Shown here: one piece after another, positions 58,984-62,079 of the stretch
Layout: each line of letters begins with the position of its first letter
How positions within the stretch are numbered: the stretch's first letter is position 1
Origin: Burkholderiales bacterium
Lineage (GTDB): Bacteria > Pseudomonadota > Gammaproteobacteria > Burkholderiales > Eutrophovitaceae
Assembly (NCBI GenBank): GCA_030834275.1
Contig: JAURFP010000004.1
Span: 1,191 to 63,269, forward strand
Direction of reading: 5' to 3'
Length of the DNA stretch: 62,079 bases
The notes under the pieces: generated by a model
What the model was told of the DNA's origin: nothing
Seen by the model: only the letters and a program-made list of their open reading frames with translations
The model's database searches: none
Made by a program: the position numbers and the translations under genes

Positions 58984-60726
58984 TTAGTCTACGGTGAACG
59001 CCATCAAAGCACCACCTTTGGTGTGTGTCTTGAGGAAGTTTGCGTAGTAAAGTGGCCAGATACCACCACCACCAGCACCGTATACGATAGCAACGTACTG
59101 CTTACCGTTAATTGTGTAGGTTGTTGGGTTACCGTGGACACCTGAGCCCATCTGGAATGACCAGAGGTGCTCACCAGTCTCATCATTAACTGCATTGAAT
59201 CGGCCGTCTGGATCGCCATAGAATGCCAATCCACCACCGGTGGTCAAGAGACCACTAGTTGCAGGCCAGCTCTGTGACTTGGTCCATACGAGATCACCAG
59301 TAGCAGCATCAAACGCCTTGATCAAACCAGCACCAGCATTGAAGGTAATAACCTTAGCGCCGAGGTACCACTCACCACGCTTCCACTCCATTTTCTTGGC
59401 CTGGAGGTCCATGGTGAAGTTGTAGATCGGAACATATGCCATCTTGGTTCGGAGGCTGACTGAGAGTGGGTGCCACTCTTTACCACCGTCAAGTGATGGA
59501 GCAATGTTCTGGGTTACGCGGTCATATACAACATCCATCTCTGGGTAGTTGAATACTGGACGGCAGTTGTCCTTAGCTGGAGAAATTGGCTCACTGATCC
59601 AGTTAACGTCTTGCATTGGAGTTACCCAAACGCACTTAAGAGCGTTACCAGATTTGGTCTTAATCGTGTTGCGACGATCAATACCGTAGATGTGGCCGTT
59701 TCTGTCACCGTGAACAAAGATCTTCTTACCACCTAAGTCGATTTGTACGTTCTCGTTAACACCGTCGTAATCGTATGGATCATTTGGTGTGTAGTTGAAG
59801 TACGCATCGATCTTACCGCTATCAGCGTTTACGACGATAGCAGAGTTCGAGAAGAGGTTGTCCCCTGGACGAACGTGACGGTCAAAGTCAGGTCCTGGGT
59901 TACCCACTGGCCAGAATAGCTGGTTGGTTTCTTTGTCGTAAGAACCGGTAATCCATGTTGAACCACCGCCGTACTTCCAAGAATCACCACCCCACGTATC
60001 GTTACCAGGCTCACCTGGTCCAGGAATTGTGTAGGTTTTCCATGCTGGAGCGCCGGTATCTGCATCGATAGCAGCTAACCAACCACGAACACCGTACTCA
60101 GCACCTGCGGTACCGAACACAACCTTGTTGTTAACAACCAAAGGCATGATCGTGAAGGTTTCAGCATATGTGTAGTCACCAACTTTCTTGTCCCAAACAA
60201 CATCACCGGTTTGGTTATCAAGAGCAACTACGTGTGCATCAAGAGTAGCTAAGTAAACTTTGTTCTTGTAAACAGCTACACCTCGGTTCACCACGTCACA
60301 GCACAGTTTAGGGAACACGTCACCTGGAAGCTCACGCTCGTACTTCCAGAGAATGTCTCCAGTCTCACCGTTTACAGCCATGACTCGGTTAAATGAAGTC
60401 GTCACGTACAGTGTGCCGTTAACTGCAACTGCCTGGCTGTCCTGACCTTCAAGAATACCGAATGACAAGTTCCAAGCTGGCTTGAGTGACTTGACGTTAT
60501 CACGGTTAACTTGTGACAACGCGCTGTAACGGGTCATTTGGTAATCTTTACCGTAGTGCAACCAGTTTTGTGAATCTTTGTCAGCGTTCATGAGCATGTC
60601 ATTCGTGACATAGTTTGGATAGAGCTGTGACTCGAGTCTATCCACACCAATGGCAGAAGCCATGCTGGAAGCGCCTAACAAAGCAAGAGCAGCGGTAGAA
60701 ACCGCAACGCGCTTAAAGTTATGCAT
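58984..60726 (-). CDS. PQQ-dependent dehydrogenase, methanol/ethanol family, lanthanide-type active-site motif
   Basis: Signal peptide; CCDVVNRG vicinal Cys, GAEYGVRG, GNP, RPGDN, DYDGVNE, W-docking repeats; GGAGG RBS supports ATG at 60726. Confidence 0.93.
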   Translation of the reverse strand: MHNFKRVAVSTAALALLGASSMASAIGVDRLESQLYPNYVTNDMLMNADKDSQNWLHYGKDYQMTRYSALSQVNRDNVKSLKPAWNLSFGILEGQDSQAVAVNGTLYVTTSFNRVMAVNGETGDILWKYERELPGDVFPKLCCDVVNRGVAVYKNKVYLATLDAHVVALDNQTGDVVWDKKVGDYTYAETFTIMPLVVNNKVVFGTAGAEYGVRGWLAAIDADTGAPAWKTYTIPGPGEPGNDTWGGDSWKYGGGSTWITGSYDKETNQLFWPVGNPGPDFDRHVRPGDNLFSNSAIVVNADSGKIDAYFNYTPNDPYDYDGVNENVQIDLGGKKIFVHGDRNGHIYGIDRRNTIKTKSGNALKCVWVTPMQDVNWISEPISPAKDNCRPVFNYPEMDVVYDRVTQNIAPSLDGGKEWHPLSVSLRTKMAYVPIYNFTMDLQAKKMEWKRGEWYLGAKVITFNAGAGLIKAFDAATGDLVWTKSQSWPATSGLLTTGGGLAFYGDPDGRFNAVNDETGEHLWSFQMGSGVHGNPTTYTINGKQYVAIVYGAGGGGIWPLYYANFLKTHTKGGALMAFTVD

Positions 60727-60878
60727 TAATACACCTCCCATTAAAAACGAAATCTCTAAAAACTAGACATCTTCGTTTGTAGGTTTTTGTTTAAATATCT
60801 AAACTGCGTAAAGCATAAATCTGTGAATCGCAGAACCAGAGTACTGTGCTTCTAAAATTAATCCTTTACGACGTGTAA

Positions 60879-60906
60879 ATTCTATAGGTGACACCCTTAA
60901 AGTCAA
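60879..60906 (-). promoter_or_regulatory. Putative sigma70 promoter of the PQQ dehydrogenase operon
   Basis: Minus strand TTGACT-16 nt-TAGAAT. Confidence 0.5.
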
Positions 60907-61031
60907 TATTGCATACAGTGGAATTCGGGTGTTTTTGGCCTTTATTTCCGAAGGGTTTCAAAGCACTTTTGCGTCGCATTATGCAGAATGTTTCAAGCAA
61001 AACAGTCGATAGCACATAGGATTATCACTTC

Positions 61032-61574
61032 ATGAAAAAAATACCCCTAAATAGGCGAGATTCTTCTGCCGGCATCACTATATTTCGGAATTTTTCGTGG
61101 GGTTACAGGGCGAAAGTATGGAAGAAGTTATCAATCATAGTCGCACTGACTACGAGTATTGTTGCTATGCAACATGGATGCCAAGCCGCCGAAATAACGA
61201 AAAAGTTCCCTTTAAAAATAAATAATGCGGATATCGCGATAGACGTAGCGAATACGGCCGAAAGCCGAGCAACGGGCTTGATGGGCGTAAAACAACTCTC
61301 GCCCAATTCCGGAATGTTGTTTGTATTTCCGAAAGAAAAAATCGTTTCTATGTGGATGAAAAATACTTTGATTGAGCTCGCTGCGGTCTTCATTGACAAA
61401 AAGGGAGTGATCGTAAACATCGAAACAATGAAACCACTCAGCACAAGATCCCACAAATCCAAATCACCCGCGAAGTATGTTTTAGAGGTTAATCCTCAGT
61501 GGACGATTTCAAATCAAATCATGCCAGGGCAGAGAGTCTTGGGGCTCGAAGAAATTCCGGACGCAAAAAATTAA
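61032..61574 (+). CDS. DUF192 domain protein (start uncertain)
   Basis: VA.T...R..GLM, GMLFVF, MWMKNT, YVLEVN. Confidence 0.88.
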   Translation: MKKIPLNRRDSSAGITIFRNFSWGYRAKVWKKLSIIVALTTSIVAMQHGCQAAEITKKFPLKINNADIAIDVANTAESRATGLMGVKQLSPNSGMLFVFPKEKIVSMWMKNTLIELAAVFIDKKGVIVNIETMKPLSTRSHKSKSPAKYVLEVNPQWTISNQIMPGQRVLGLEEIPDAKN

Positions 61575-61607
61575 AAATGGTTTTTTGCCAATACCGATCG
61601 CTTGCTA

Positions 61608-62079
61608 CTATTTTTCCGAGATTAAATCTCGAAAGATCTGCTCAGCGATCAGCTGGTTCCCAACGTGATTGAGATGACAGAAGTCTAGATACACCTCACC
61701 AAACTTATGACGATTCTCAAGCGCACCTGAGATGTCAAAAAATGGCACTCCGCGCCGCCTAAGATCGATACTCAATGCTCTGAGTTCTGGATATCCATCC
61801 CTGAACGCAATATCCAAACCAGGTGGCGTTTGAAGATAATTACCCAAGATCTCTTTCTCGTACTTGGACCAACTAGACGCCTCAAATGCGGTCGGTTGGA
61901 GAAAGTGAATAAAGCGCGCTTGATTATTTTTCGCAATCACATTTGCTTCTTCAACCGCACGACCAAACTGCAGTTTTGCTTGATCAATTCCTCGTTTTAA
62001 AACCGCCGGATCCGTTATTGTGTCCGGTATAGAACGATCGTAAATGTCTAGAGCAAGGTCGGCCGTGTAGCTAAAACCT
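61608..62079 (-). CDS. SGNH/GDSL hydrolase-like protein (5' end outside the window)
   Basis: Frame stays open from 61940 to the window edge; FLQP and YLDFCHLNHVGN (DxxH block). Confidence 0.65.
   Translation of the reverse strand, partial: GFSYTADLALDIYDRSIPDTITDPAVLKRGIDQAKLQFGRAVEEANVIAKNNQARFIHFLQPTAFEASSWSKYEKEILGNYLQTPPGLDIAFRDGYPELRALSIDLRRRGVPFFDISGALENRHKFGEVYLDFCHLNHVGNQLIAEQIFRDLISEK

Noticed and set aside
58984-60726. Calling the gene xoxF, mxaF or pedH, or inferring methylotrophy
   Set aside because: Clade-specific motifs differ, there is no mxaI, and no C1 pathway genes are in the window
60727-61031. pqqA peptide or riboswitch upstream of the dehydrogenase
   Set aside because: I saw no ExxxY peptide ORF or recognisable aptamer; no pqq genes are in the window
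1-62079. CRISPR arrays, tRNA/rRNA genes, prophage, IS elements, tandem repeats
   Set aside because: None seen; intergenic gaps are short and non-repetitive (by-eye reading, so very short or degenerate elements could be missed)

Overview
Dense, regulator-free chromosomal window with Betaproteobacteria-like core gene order (panC-panB-dNK-folK-pcnB-HAD-hda / purM-purN-DUF3108-RsmB/NOP-desaturase / rpmG-rpmB ... coaBC-dut, prfC), interleaved with catabolic and periplasmic redox modules. About 60 CDSs; I saw no rRNA, tRNA, CRISPR array, transposase or integrase. The most interesting parts are periplasmic. (i) A divergent PQQ dehydrogenase with the lanthanide-type DYDG motif, in an operon with an MxaJ/XoxJ-like protein and a cytochrome c carrying an extra CxxC. 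(ii) A second XoxJ-like paralogue 35 kb away that heads an exbB-exbD-tonB operon with no receptor; it has an N-terminal extension with a TonB-box-like string, and the TonB has a His-less anchor. (iii) A Sec-exported metallo-beta-lactamase-fold lactonase followed by a GldA/F/G-like ABC system and a DUF4340-like protein, two of which carry His-rich loops, in the position normally held by radC. (iv) An ApbE flavinylation module coupled to an IlvD/Edd dehydratase. All calls come from motif reading by eye; no database searches were run.
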